DNA from: Cetorhinus maximus
Lineage: Eukaryota
Assembly: GCF_964194155.1 (NCBI RefSeq)
Contig: NC_135884.1
Span: forward strand, 125,674,001 to 125,738,000
Reading direction: 5' to 3'
DNA: 64,000 nucleotides
The position numbers were made by a program, and so were the translations under genes. Positions 13,961-25,702 of the stretch are shown in pieces. How positions within the stretch are numbered: the stretch's first letter is position 1; the number at the start of each line of letters is the position of its first letter. A model generated the notes under the pieces. That model had not been told where the DNA came from, did not search any database, and was given only the letters and a program-made list of their open reading frames with translations.

Positions 13961-14117
13961 ATACACAAGTGAGATTTCCCAAGCCGCTGAAGGTCCTAGT
14001 GACTTTTAAGACATCTATTCCGCTTGAAAGATGCGCCTAATAAGTATGTCTTAAATTATTTATCAGTAGCAGTTATCAAACTATATGGTTCAGTTTCAAT
14101 TGCAATCTATTCTAAAT

Positions 14118-14596
14118 CAGTGATTCTCAAACTTTCTTGTCCATGGACCACTTGGATGGGGCAAAAGGCCCTGCCGATCACCTATCGACCTTACCTCACC
14201 TACCTCTGCTTGCTAGCACAAAGAAACTCAATCAGGATTAATGTGGAGAATGGTGTTGCTTTTGATGAGACGCCAGTGACATGATGTTTGGTCCCAAGCT
14301 GGACAGCTTCAGCTTGAGGTTGGGCTCCACATCCAGCCAGTTTCTCTTCTTTGTTTCCAGCCCCATAAACGTTGAGAATCCGATTGCACAGTTTTATGTT
14401 GTTGGGAAAGGCAACAGGGGCTTCAGAGCTGTGTCAGTGAGTCCCAGGATACTTGGAGCTACAGGTCAGTCGAACTTTTCTCACCCATTGAATTCGGTGA
14501 TCTCACCGATTACCAGCTTCAGCAGCCTATATTTTGAACCAGCTTGCAGAACATCTGGAGGAACTCATGGACTGGAGCACGCTTTGAGAACCACTG
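14118..14596. mobile_element. hAT (Charlie/MER5-like) non-autonomous element
   Basis: TIRs CAGTGATTCTCAAA / TTTGAGAACCACTG; exact 8-bp TSD TTCTAAAT at 14110-14117 and 14597-14604. Confidence 0.88.
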
Positions 14597-16344
14597 TTCT
14601 AAATGACTGATCCATGAAACTGAATATTTATCAAATGAACAAAATGCAATATGAATCATTTGAATTATTATAGTTGACAGACACATACCTGTCCTTCTGT
14701 ACATAATCGAGGGGACATCTTCGCCTTTGAGTCTAAAATGAGAAAATAAATAGGTTACCAAGACCAACAATTCTTAGGGGATAGATTTACCTCAAGTCAA
14801 ATGAAGTTATTCTTTTAATGTTTTTATCAACTTTTTACTAGATCTACAACTTTGCCTTGAGCAGGCAAGACGTTCTATTTAACTCTAGGATACATAACAT
14901 TCTCAAATCTGTGCCAATCATACTCTCCCTAACCTACTGCTTTCTTGTTCTTTAAACATCTTAATGGTTGTCAAGCATTCCCTACCTAGAGTATTTGTCC
15001 TGCTCAAGCAGGAACATTTGAGGAAAATTTTAGTCCGTAATGATTCATATTAAGCAGAAGAGCCAAAATATGCCAGCTTTTAATTTAAAAACTGTGGTAA
15101 TAAAGTAAAAAATAATAGGTTTAATTTATCTTTGTGGAAAATTTGCATTAAAAGCACAAAATCTACAAGTATTCAAGTTGAGCACCTGTGCTGGCAATGA
15201 TTAGGAGCAAATGATTGAAATCCCAGCCAGGACATCAGCTAGATGGTTTATAGCAGTTCTTAGTCAGATTTCACCTAGGGGCATTTTCAAAATAAATGGC
15301 TGCCTCCATACTTCATGTGGAATAGACTGAATATTTCAAGGTTTTACAGGTGGCAATTTAAAGAAAAATCAATTGAAATCAACAGACACAGTCTTCAACC
15401 TGTTTATCAATGTGGCCCCTAAACTGCAATTAATATTTAATTTTTAGCATTTTGTAATACGAACAGATTATGTGAAGGACCATGGAATATGAGTTACATT
15501 CAACTTCTTACTCTGACTATATGCCCAGATAATAAGAAACAATCTGGTTGCAGAACATAAGTTATGTTCCACAGTCCCTCTTCATATTTTCCTTATACAG
15601 AAATAGTGAAGGATAAGGCTGGTTAAAGCACTTACTCCCAGGGCATCCTACTAATTCTCCTAATTCAAAAGTGGTCAATGACAAATACTTGCTAACTTTG
15701 AACATGTGACTGCATTTGGCCAACCACATGCAAGATTCAAGATAAGGATTTAATAATTGTTCTGAGGAGATTCAGTAGTCCAACCGCATTGACATTAGAT
15801 ATATTTTAAGCACTCTCTACTTCATAAAGTTTGTGAAACATTGTAATTAGCACAGGACCAATATTTATTACTATGCAATGAATAAACATCACAATGTTTT
15901 TCCTAATGTAAAATAATGTTCCTAAGAATGTGTGATGTATTGTAGAAAACAGGTTTTGCTGGAATTAAAAATCAAAGCTGCTGACTCACATTACAATAAC
16001 TGTTCCAAGTGCTTGTCAATCCAAGTATACTAACTTGGTCCAAACAAAGATTGGTTTTCACAATATTGTGATGGAATATAAAGCTGCTGTTTTAAACAGG
16101 TCCATATAAACAAATCTAGGTGAAGGATAACTAGTAGTCAAGTGTGAGATACAGAGTTTATACATGAGAAAGCTATTTTGGCTGCAGGGTGACAGTAATG
16201 AGGTCTTCCTTACAAGTGAAATAAACTCTTCTCTTCATTTTTATACAGTGATTACCCTAATAATTATGTTCAAAATAAGTTTGTTTTTTATATCATTTTA
16301 ATTCAGATTACAAGTACAATGTAATTCAGCATCTCATACAAGTT

Positions 16345-16565
16345 AAACAAAAACAGAATTACCTGGAAAAACTCAGCAGGTCTGGCAGCATCGGTGGAGA
16401 AGAAAAGAGTCGACGTTTTGGGTCCGCACGACCCTTCAACAGAACGTGTGAACCCGAAACGTCGACTCTTTTCTTCTCCACCGATACTGCCAGACCTGCT
16501 GAGTTTTTCCAGTTAATTCTGTTTTTGTTTTGGATTTCCAGCATCCGCAGTAGTTTTTTGTTTTT
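16345..16565. mobile_element. Penelope-terminus-derived fold-back insert with degenerate hammerhead motif
   Basis: Inverted arms of about 80 bp around ~16425-16452; 14-bp TSD atctcatacaagtt at 16331-16344 and 16566-16579. Confidence 0.8.
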
Positions 16566-16899
16566 ATCTCATACAAGTTGTTTTTCTAAAGTCTAAACAT
16601 TGTTACTTTCAAAGATGAATCATACAATTACTATAATTATTTAGAAGATTCTCCTAAACTAACTGGTAGCTACTGCGCAGAAAGATCTAGGACTCTGGCG
16701 ATATCAATGCTGAACAACAGGTTAGAAGTTTGGAGTAACTGTTGCAAAGCAAGAGAATACTGCTGATTTATGGAGGAAATTCCCTTTGCAATGCATCCTG
16801 CTCTTTTGATGCCAGGAACAGCATAGAAATCAGCCACACTTTAATTTGCTGTCTTACAATTACAGTTATATTATTTGAAGACATGATCATAATTTAAAA

Positions 16900-17165
16900 A
16901 AAATTAAAAACCCAACTGGTTCAATAATATTATTTAGAGAAGGTACCTGCTATCTCTACCTAATCTGACCTAATTGTGACCCCATTCTCACAGTGATATT
17001 GTTGACTCCTATGTGCCCTCTGAAGTGGCCCAGGAAGCCACCTAGTCATATCATGCTGCTAGAGGTTCAAGAAGGTGGCTCACCACCACCTTCTCAGGGC
17101 AAACAGGCACGGGCAATAATAAATGTTGTCTTTGCTAGAAATACCCCATCATGGCAATGAATTTG
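16900..17165 (+). mobile_element. SINE-like deletion derivative of the 47776-51308 LINE (partial)
   Basis: Joins LINE 5' motifs (aaaaaccca.ctggttca, gttgactc, gccctctgaa) to LINE 3' motifs (ggttcaagaagg..gctcaccaccaccttctca, gggcaataa). Confidence 0.7.
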
Positions 17166-17624
17166 AGGACAAAGCTTTTAGTCATTTTACTTAATCATTA
17201 ATTTACAAAAACATATCAAGGCTTACACATGAATAAAGCTAAAAAAAAAGTCTAATCAAATTAGTTCAACCCATTACAACCTTTTATAATTGATGGACTT
17301 CATTAATACTGTCTATTAAACACAATTAAGTCATCGACAAAATTTTAACCTTACTGTGAAGAGATGGACATCCAAGTGCAAACTTTTGACTGATTGTTGC
17401 TTGACCTGTTCATATACAGTGAACTGCCATCTTTAGAGAGACCTTATTGTGATAATTTTTCTGCTCCTGGCAAAATTTTCATTATTATAGTTTCATAGAA
17501 TAGTTAAGCCCCATTTAAGTTGACAAAACAGCTCAAAGCCTGATAAACAGTCCTCTGCTAGTCTCCGCCAATTTCGTATGTGCTTGAAAATATTTCTTTG
17601 CATGTAATTTACCTTAATAAATAA

Positions 17625-17921
17625 TTAACCTTCGACACCTCTTTGACCCTTTTGTCTGTGACATCTTTTGATTATCTGCTCATCTCCACAATCACCACAC
17701 CCTCAATGTGTCTCTCCCCCCCCCCCCCCCCACCCACCTTAAACCAATTTATATTTCTCCCTTCTTCTAACTATGCTTCAGTTCTGCCGAAGGGCCATGA
17801 AGGCTCGAAACGTTAACTGATTTCTTCTCCGCCGATGCTGCCAGACCTGCTGAGTTTTTCCAGGTAATTCTGTTTTTGTTTTGGATTTCCAGCATCCGCA
17901 GTAGCTTTTAGCTTTTTGTTT
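17625..17921 (+). mobile_element. Penelope-like element 3' terminus with minimal hammerhead motif at 17778-17820
   Basis: Pyrimidine/C-run leader, then TCAGTT-CTGCCGA-A-GGGCC/GGCTC-GAAA-CG-TT-AACTGA; 11-bp TSD ttaataaataa at 17614-17624 and 17922-17932. Confidence 0.8.
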
Positions 17922-19124
17922 TTAATAAATAAGCTCTGTGCATATATGTAAATCTTTAATTAAATAAGGTGGACAATTTGTTATTATGGTGGTGGGTGTC
18001 CGCCAATGTAATTTGATATCTTGCATGATTTACTAAATCAAACATCCCACATAAGCTATAAACAATTGATGGCAACAGCTTGTGTACAAAATAGGAATTT
18101 TTCCTGATTATAGACACCTCACAGGTGAACTTGAAAAATGGGTGGACAGTGAACTCTGACAGAGATAAGAGAAGCAAGAAGCTGATTGGCTGTGGTATCC
18201 GTTCCTAAAGAGGATGTAGATTAATGAATTGTGGGTGAACTGGTTTTGTCACTTATGTTTCATTAAAAAAACTTCTATGTTCATACTGTAACATTGATAA
18301 TTTTACAGAATCTCTTTGTATATCTTGTTTATTAGAAGTATATGAAGTCCATATACGACTTTAAAAGAAAATACTAATTTATAAAATACAAATTATATAG
18401 ACAGACACGATCAGAGGAAAGCCAAATAATATTGTTCCATTGTAAATGAACTTCCTCTCCTTCCCCCTTAAGGTGACTGGGCAGAATTTTGAAAATCCCT
18501 TTAAGTATTAAATTCACCATGGTTAAAGCTAATTCCAACTAATACTCGATATATTCATGAGTACTGGATTCAATACTTGGCTCTGCACCACATGATAAAC
18601 AATATAACTTTATTTTGTTTTAAATTCATTATCAGGAGGTGAGTGGAACAAAAACTGCTCTTAGTGCAAGCCCATGCAGCAGGTGGCAGGGTAGGGACGA
18701 GTGCTGTATGATACCAACATAAATTATATTTAGAGTTCTATGCAAAATTACATTTTGATTTGTAAAGTTGCAAGGGCATAAATTGGCTGATTTTCCTCAC
18801 ACATTTTCAAGCTAATGCACCAGGTTAGCATCCGACTCGATAGTTATCTGCCATTAGTACTCGAACTGGCTGCAACAGGGGTATGGCAGTGTACCAGGGA
18901 TTTTCTTGATTTTCTTTACACCCATGAGTTGTTTCTACTTGGCCAGAACAGTTGAGAGTGGGAACTCAGCAGATCGGCAAACTCTTTAAGGCGGGGGGGG
19001 GTGGGGGGAGCGCGCTGTAGAAACAAGTACAGAATTTAGAAGCCAAGTTAACTATGCCATTTCTTCTCAGTGGTTGTCAGCTGTATGGTAATGGCAAAGG
19101 CCTCAAAACAAATCATTTTAGTGC

Positions 19125-19960
19125 TATAAAAGCACAAAATGCTGGAAATACTCCGCAGGTCAGGCAGCAGCTGTGGAGAGAAACAGAGTTAATGTTTCAG
19201 CTGGAGATGTCCTTTCATCAGATGCTGCCTGGCCTGCAGGGTATTCATAAGAACACAAGAAATAGGAGCAAGAGTGGACCATGTGGCCCATCGAGCCTGC
19301 TCCGCCATTCAACATGATCGTGGCTGATCTTGGGCTTCAACTCCATTTTCCCACCCACTCCCCATATCTTTTAATTCACTGAGACACCAAAAATCTGTCT
19401 ATCCCAGCCTTAAATGTATTCACTGATGGAGCATCAACAACCCAAAGATTCACAATCATTTGGGTGAAATAATTTCTCCTCATCAGTCCTGATTGATCCT
19501 TATCCTGAGATTGTGCTTTAGATTGCCCGAGTAGCAGAAACAATCTCTCAGCATCCACCCTATCAAGCCCCTTCAGAACTTTGTAGGTTTCCATCAGATT
19601 GCCTTATTCTTCTAAACTCCAGAGAATACAGGCCCAATTTACTCAGCTGCTCTTCATAGGACAACCCCCTCATCCTAGGGATCAATTTAGTGAACCTTCA
19701 CTGTACCACCTCCAGTACAAGTATATCCTTTCTTAAACGTAGATACCAAAACTGCACACAGTATTTCAGATGTGGTCTCATCAAAAACCCTGTACAAACA
19801 ACTGTAGCAAGACTTCTTTATTCTTGTACTTCACTTCCCTTGCAATAAATGTCTATATGCCATTTGCCTTCCTAACTGCTTGCTGCACCTGCATGCTAAC
19901 TTTCCAGCATCTTCTGTTTTACTTTCGGATTTTCAGCATCAGCAGTATTTTGTCTTTGTT
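19125..19960. mobile_element. Older Penelope-type fold-back element interrupted by a CR1 3' fragment (about 19246-19900, - strand)
   Basis: Left part aaaatgctggaaatactccgcaggtcaggcagc..., right part ttccagcatc..ttttcagcatcagcag; a CR1 tail and ORF2 remnant (METYKVLKGLDRVD) lie between. Confidence 0.75.
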
Positions 19961-20330
19961 TCATTATTAGTGTAATTTGTGAATAACTAAACCAATAAGC
20001 TGCATTTGGCAGCAAAGAATTCTTCTGCTAAAATACTAAGTCTAGCCACAACCATTTAAGTATTAGACACATTAGTTTATGCTCACAGCCTGAAGTCCAA
20101 AACTATGCTTTATCAAGATTAACAAATAAATGAAAGGGAGCTGCAGTCCCTTTAAGGAGCTCAGGTGATACTCAAAAATACTACAAGGACACTACGACTA
20201 GACAATTGCTTCACAATTCCCTTCAAGACACCAAGTCCTTGTCTGGATCACATCTTACTTCAGAACAAGTGCTAGTCTGGACAATGACTCTTCTAAAAAG
20301 CATCACTTAAAACATTAAACCAATAACTTA

Positions 20331-20570
20331 GATAAAAACAAAAAGCTAAAAGCTACTGCGGATGCTGGAAATCCAAAACAAAAACAGAATTACCTGGAAA
20401 AACTCAGCAGGTCTGGCAGCATCGGCGGAGAAGAAATCAGTTAACGTTTCGAGCCTTCATGGCCCTGGTCATGGTCTGCCGAAGGGCCATGAAGGCTCGA
20501 AACGTTAACTGATTTCTTCTCCGACGATGCTGCCAGACCTGCTGAGTTTTTCCAGGTAATTCTGTTTTTG
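20331..20570. mobile_element. Penelope-terminus-derived fold-back insert with two truncated hammerhead motifs
   Basis: Inverted arms 20379-20465 and 20484-20570; 14-bp TSD aaaccaataactta at 20317-20330 and 20571-20584. Confidence 0.85.
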
Positions 20571-21330
20571 AAACCAATAACTTACATTGATGAGATTGAA
20601 ACAATTTGATTTCAAACATTCATGTACTACATTTTTATTGCAAAAATAGGCTAATTAAGGAAATGGTTTGTAAAACTTGATTTTTCATAAATTCACTGCC
20701 TGAAATTTGAAGAATCTAGAGTTTCAAAAGCTGAAACATTCTAAATAAAGCAACAACATCTGAACCGTTTGGGAATGTGGACGGCACATATTAGTTGACA
20801 TATTAATAGTTTATTATTAGTCTATTAATATTAATAGTTTATCTGTATTTAGATATCCTGAAATCTGTCATATTATAATCATTCTAGGCTTGCACTAATC
20901 TCCATGAAAATACAGGAGATTTACAATTGAAATGTTTATTAGATATTTGCATATATATGGATAGCATTAAGAACAATGTTTTGTTTTCACCTGCCAGTAT
21001 ACATGGCGAATGGTGAGGAATTTCTGTTTCATATACAGTGGGTGCATTAACTCTAACCCTGTTACAGTGCAGTGTGTCCATAAGTCACTCATTGCTTCCA
21101 GCCGGCCAACTGCTAGTGAAAGTATAACCCGAGCTATGCTGGGAGTTGCCCAGCTCCCCGCGAGTTGCCGGGAGTTGGCTAACTATAGTTATGGTATGGC
21201 TAAGCCTCTTTGTACTTGTGGCTCTGTGGGACAAGGCTAGGAATGAAGTGATAAAGACTGGAAAGTTGTGGGTCGGTGTTATGTGGTTACCTGATGCTGG
21301 AAGGGGTAAAGTGAGCGGGCTGCCTCTTAC

Positions 21331-21616
21331 CTGTAAGCGATGGCCTCTTCTCCTCCCCGCACAGGGACACGGTGCCATCCCGATGCAGTAGGATGGCTGC
21401 CAGCTCCCTGACGCGGCCAATGCGCACCTGCTCCCGGGGCCAGTCTCTGTGTAAGGAGCGGCAGCATTGGTAACAGACCGCCCAGGCTTGCTCTTCGTTG
21501 ATCGGCTGCTCGTAGGCTCGTAGCACCTCATCCAGGGATAAAATCTGCGGCTCCAGCGCATCGCCGGAGCCGGTTACTTGCTGCTGTGGTTGTCGTTCAC
21601 TGCCCGACCTGGCCAT
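21331..21616 (-). CDS. SPIRE2: Protein spire homolog 2, first coding exon (KIND domain N-terminus)
   Basis: [48 protein letters not shown] matches the Spire KIND domain. Donor CAG|GTAAG at 21331/21330 (phase 1). Paralog assigned from the MARxGS start and adjacency to FANCA. Confidence 0.92.
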
Positions 21617-22090
21617 TTCCCCTTCGGTTTCTCATTTCTACTGCCCAACGTTTCCCCAGGTTCCCATAACAGCGAATCCCAGCCCGAGTCCGCAGCTCCG
21701 GTGTCAATCAGCCGGTACCATGTGATCGCCCTGCTCCAGCCCAGCCCAGCCTCCTAAAAACATCCAGCCAAACAGGAGGAGACATGGTCAAAGGACAATG
21801 TAGCAAAACAGAGACAAACCGGGACAGCCGCTCAGATTGAAATAAAGTGCCGTTTTTGGAAAGTACGCCGCACCCTGGCTGATGGACTGGCCACAATGTT
21901 TCTTTGTTCCCCCACAGCGTTTCCGTGTGCGCCTTGCCGATAGATAACACTGTAAACAGAAGCGGCAGCATCTTTTTTTACACTGCACGGCAAAATACAT
22001 AGCAACACCCGAGCAGTGAACGTGAAAAGTCTCTGTCACTTTAACACTGACTCCCTCCATCCCAGCAGCCTTTCTCCACAGCCCGCGTAT
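21617..22090 (-). promoter_or_regulatory. CpG-enriched 5'UTR/promoter region of SPIRE2
   Basis: Local CpG enrichment directly upstream of the ATG in an otherwise CpG-poor background; TSS not determinable. Confidence 0.5.
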
Positions 22091-24257
22091 CTATTACCCC
22101 TACATCTATACAGGATATACCTCTTACAATCTTCAGTTCCTAAACAAGGATGATTAATATGGTACAATAGACAAAATACGACCTAATTCTACGATATTTC
22201 TGTTTGGCTCGTTTGTTATTTTGTATTTTGGGTCGTGAAAGGCGCTACATAATTGCAAGACTTTTTTTTTGTAATTTCTAATCTTGTAATTTGAGAGGTT
22301 CGGGCAAATTGTAGAACAATGTACCCATTACTTCCGGAAAAAAGATTTTAAAATAATTTATTTTAAGAGTAGAGAGATCAAATTTAATCGATAGTGTGCA
22401 TGAACTGATCTTAATGTTTGAAAGATTTCTGATGGCTGGGTAAAGTTGTACATGGTATGTAGAGGTGTACAGAAAGATGTGGTGAAAAGTAGCTGGCATA
22501 GAGCTGCTCACTGGTTTTAAGGTTCTGTCAATTGCAAATACTTTTTTATTTTTTGTGTTCCAAGGCTTCATGTTTTGTATTAGAGAGGGGCAAAAAAAGA
22601 GACGGAGCATTAGCAACTGGGACCCACAATGTATTTCTTGGAGGGGATTATTTGAAACACAGAAACTCAAACTAGTGCCCAATTGATTGATATTTAGGAG
22701 TCTGTGTACGCCAGGTAACTTGCTGCTCCCAAAGACACACAACAGTTTCCCAGAAATACAGAAACATACTGCAGCAATACTTTCAATCCCATCACAGGAT
22801 ATTTACAGCAATGTGCAGTGTCATTCTCGCCCTGCGCATCATTCTGCATCTTGAACAGCCAGGTATTCGTGCTGTCCTTATAACTTACCCAGTCTTTTCG
22901 TAGCGAGCTCTTTGAAAGGTACAGTGGAATGTGTCAAGTTTTGCCTTAGGGCACTAGTCTGGGTGAATCAGGCTCTCGACTCAATTGTATCAGCCTGTTT
23001 CCTTTAAAATTAAACAATGTACGGAGCTGAGGCAGGGAATCTATTCATCCACGGGCACATTTATAATACTGTTGTGAAAGATTCAAATCCTCAAACTAAG
23101 CCACATTTCCTATCTGACTGCCACAGAGAAGAGGACAAGGTCGCCACCCTATTACATCAATAGATTGGAACTTAAGCCTTCCCATGTTTCTCAAGAGTTT
23201 AACCAGTATTTATTGCAGCTGCCTGGCTTTCTTTATGGGTCCCATCCAAATTCCAATTTTCAAATCCGATATGATCCCAATTTGCTATGTTAAACGTTTC
23301 TGCGTTTAGTCACCAGTGATACAATTTGGCACTGTTTCTAGTTACCAGTGAATGATACAGCACACCGTACAGCTTCCTAGGTTGAAATCGTTTTGAAGAC
23401 TTTGACACAATGATCTAAAGCATGCACTCACCAGAATTTTTGAACTTTGCCAGCAATTACAGATAGAGTTTCACATATTAACCGTTAGAGGAGCAATGGA
23501 TTATTTAATTGCTTTTTGCAGAATGTCCGATTTTACCTTCCTTTCTGACAAATGGCCTGGCTCCACTTGTCCACCTGAATTCGAAAAGACAATGTTTACC
23601 CCGCGGATTGGAATCGCCAGCAGCTCGGGTGCAATCCACTCCCAGATCCTTGCTGTAAAGCTCTGTTTACAGACGACCTTCACAGCGCGGCAGAAACCAT
23701 TTCGCTGCGACACTAACGCTGGTGTACAAATGCATTCTTATGTGCTCCAAATTCCAATAACCGGCTTCCTTCACAACCCTCCAAAAGCTTCCTAATTAAG
23801 ATGAATTGTACCTTATGTTATCTCCCTTGTCATATTGTAGTATTGTACATTTATATCATTTATTTCTAAAGTTCAAATCTGTCCAGGTTTTCTTCACATG
23901 ATTACTATCCATTGTTAGTGATTTCTGCAGAAATACACAGCTGGACCTTTGCCAACATGACCGCGGTTAGTTACTCCTAAGATACAAGCAACAAAATTCA
24001 GCTGAGGTTCTCTATCTTGAGAGAAACTGCTATGTTAAACGTTTCTGCAATTAAAAGGCCTTTTTTATTGGGTTGGGTTACTATATTTTAGAAAGAAAGG
24101 TTTGCATTTATATTCGTTCCAGAACACATCGATCAGTACCACGGGATTTTTAACAGTCAAGTCTTCAGTTTGACAATGCAGCACTTCCTCAGTACTACAC
24201 TGGAGTGCCAGCCTAGATCACGTGGTCAAGCCCAAGTCTAAAGAATCATAATATCTC

Positions 24258-25702
24258 ATATACCTCATGTAAAAGTCGACACTAGTCTTTCAGGCATCAA
24301 AGCCCAAACAATTCAGAACCAAAGTATAATCCTGGAGACGTTAATGATTCGATTTCATCATAACTGTATAAATACTAATGAAAATGGTGTTATGATCCCC
24401 AAAGAGAACAACTTTTAAAAAGATATTTGAAATTCCAATGACTGACTGAAAGGATCACACAAGATTTCAAGTTTTTGGACTTTTACTGTAACAAAAACTA
24501 AAAGCGGCATATCTAAACACTATTCAGAGGCAATTTATACTTTGAACTAGAGACAAGAAATTCCCCATTTAGTTTTTAACATGAAAATCTTCCGCTACAG
24601 CTAATACTTTACGCTGTCCCTTAAGTGGGCACTTCTTTCACCAGGATTCAGTCTAAAGTTATTCTCAGCTCCCGATGGCTTACTTCCTTTTCCTTTCCCA
24701 GCCAAATAACTTCTAACCCAAAACTGACTTTCACTATGAGGGTTACACTGGAGATTCCTCCCTCTAACTTAAGCTGGGCAAATCTTCCATCCTCCTTTAA
24801 ATCTTCACAAGCTCCATCTCTTCAGTTTGAGCATAAGCTCCCACCTACGCTTTGCATAGTGATCAACACAGTCAGCATTTTCTCTGCTTTAGTGCAGAAT
24901 TGGCTGCCTCTGTCTTCCTGCTCTCTCTCAGATTTTGGAGACTGGCTTCGGTCTGAGTGTTTCAGTGATACAACTAGAAAAACTGCAAGTCGATACCACA
25001 GTGGCTTTCTATTAACTTTTCCCTTCCCAAAGCCTATCTCAATAGCAACATGATTCATAAGGGTCTTGTACTCAGGTAGAAATGCTAATTAGCTATCATC
25101 TAGAACCCAACTCCATCACATTTGGAAATAGACAGTTTAAAGTCTAACCACTAATAAAGCCTGACATTCCTAACACCTCCCCGTGAGACTTGGAGACTAA
25201 CCGTCTGCCCACAGTCAGCACAGCCTCTCTTGCCACTATGTACAGGTGTTATCATCTAGCATGGCTTTCTTCCCAGTAAGTCAATCTGGGCCTGCCTTGT
25301 CCCCATTGCAACCAAGCCACCCAGGCTTATTGTCGGGCAGAATTTGGAGGAAGTCATATGATTGCCATCACTATTCCATTTTACCTTAAAATTAAAGAGA
25401 CAGTCCCAAAACATAACAATCTTATTAACTTTGTATTTGTAACATGTTAAGTAAATACTGAAACATATATACATTTACATTTTGTTATTTATTAAAATTA
25501 AAGTGATAAGATTACAATAATTAATACGAATTCTTTGGTTTTTATTTTATTCCAAAGTGACTGTCTTTTTTGGATTTCACTTGGGGCCCAAATCAAGCAT
25601 GCATGTCAACCCCTCAAAGATTACCTGTGTAAAAGTCGACCCCATGACTTTTGGCTTAAAAAATTGATCTCATAAATTAAACTTTTACAAAGCATATATG
25701 GT
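24258..25702. mobile_element. Tc1/pogo(Tc2)-like MITE remnant interrupted by a solo LTR
   Basis: Left end atatacctcatgtaaaagtcgac, internal tgtaaaagtcgacc (25628), and right end acttttacaaagcatatatgg form decayed inverted termini. Confidence 0.45.
24388..25418. mobile_element. Solo LTR-like element
   Basis: Begins TGTTATG and ends CATAACA (7-bp terminal inverted repeat); homologous to 58885-59870 and 63759-64000; TSD not intact. Confidence 0.65.

Noticed and set aside
16345-20570. miRNA precursors or class II MITEs as the explanation for the hairpin inserts
   Set aside because: Variable 11-14 bp TSDs, asymmetric arms, T-rich tails and non-fold-back relatives (17625, 51800) indicate retrotransposon origin
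1-21330. Further SPIRE2 exons
   Set aside because: No downstream Spire motifs (e.g. LGFAIYRALDWGL) were recognised; the short, poorly conserved exon 2 could be missed by eye or lie outside the window
22278-22742. 154-aa minus-strand ORF upstream of SPIRE2
   Set aside because: Non-ATG start, no recognisable domain or splice support; probably a chance ORF
23496-23795. 99-aa ORF in the CpG-containing segment
   Set aside because: No recognisable homology or motif; overlapping frames on the other strand are also closed
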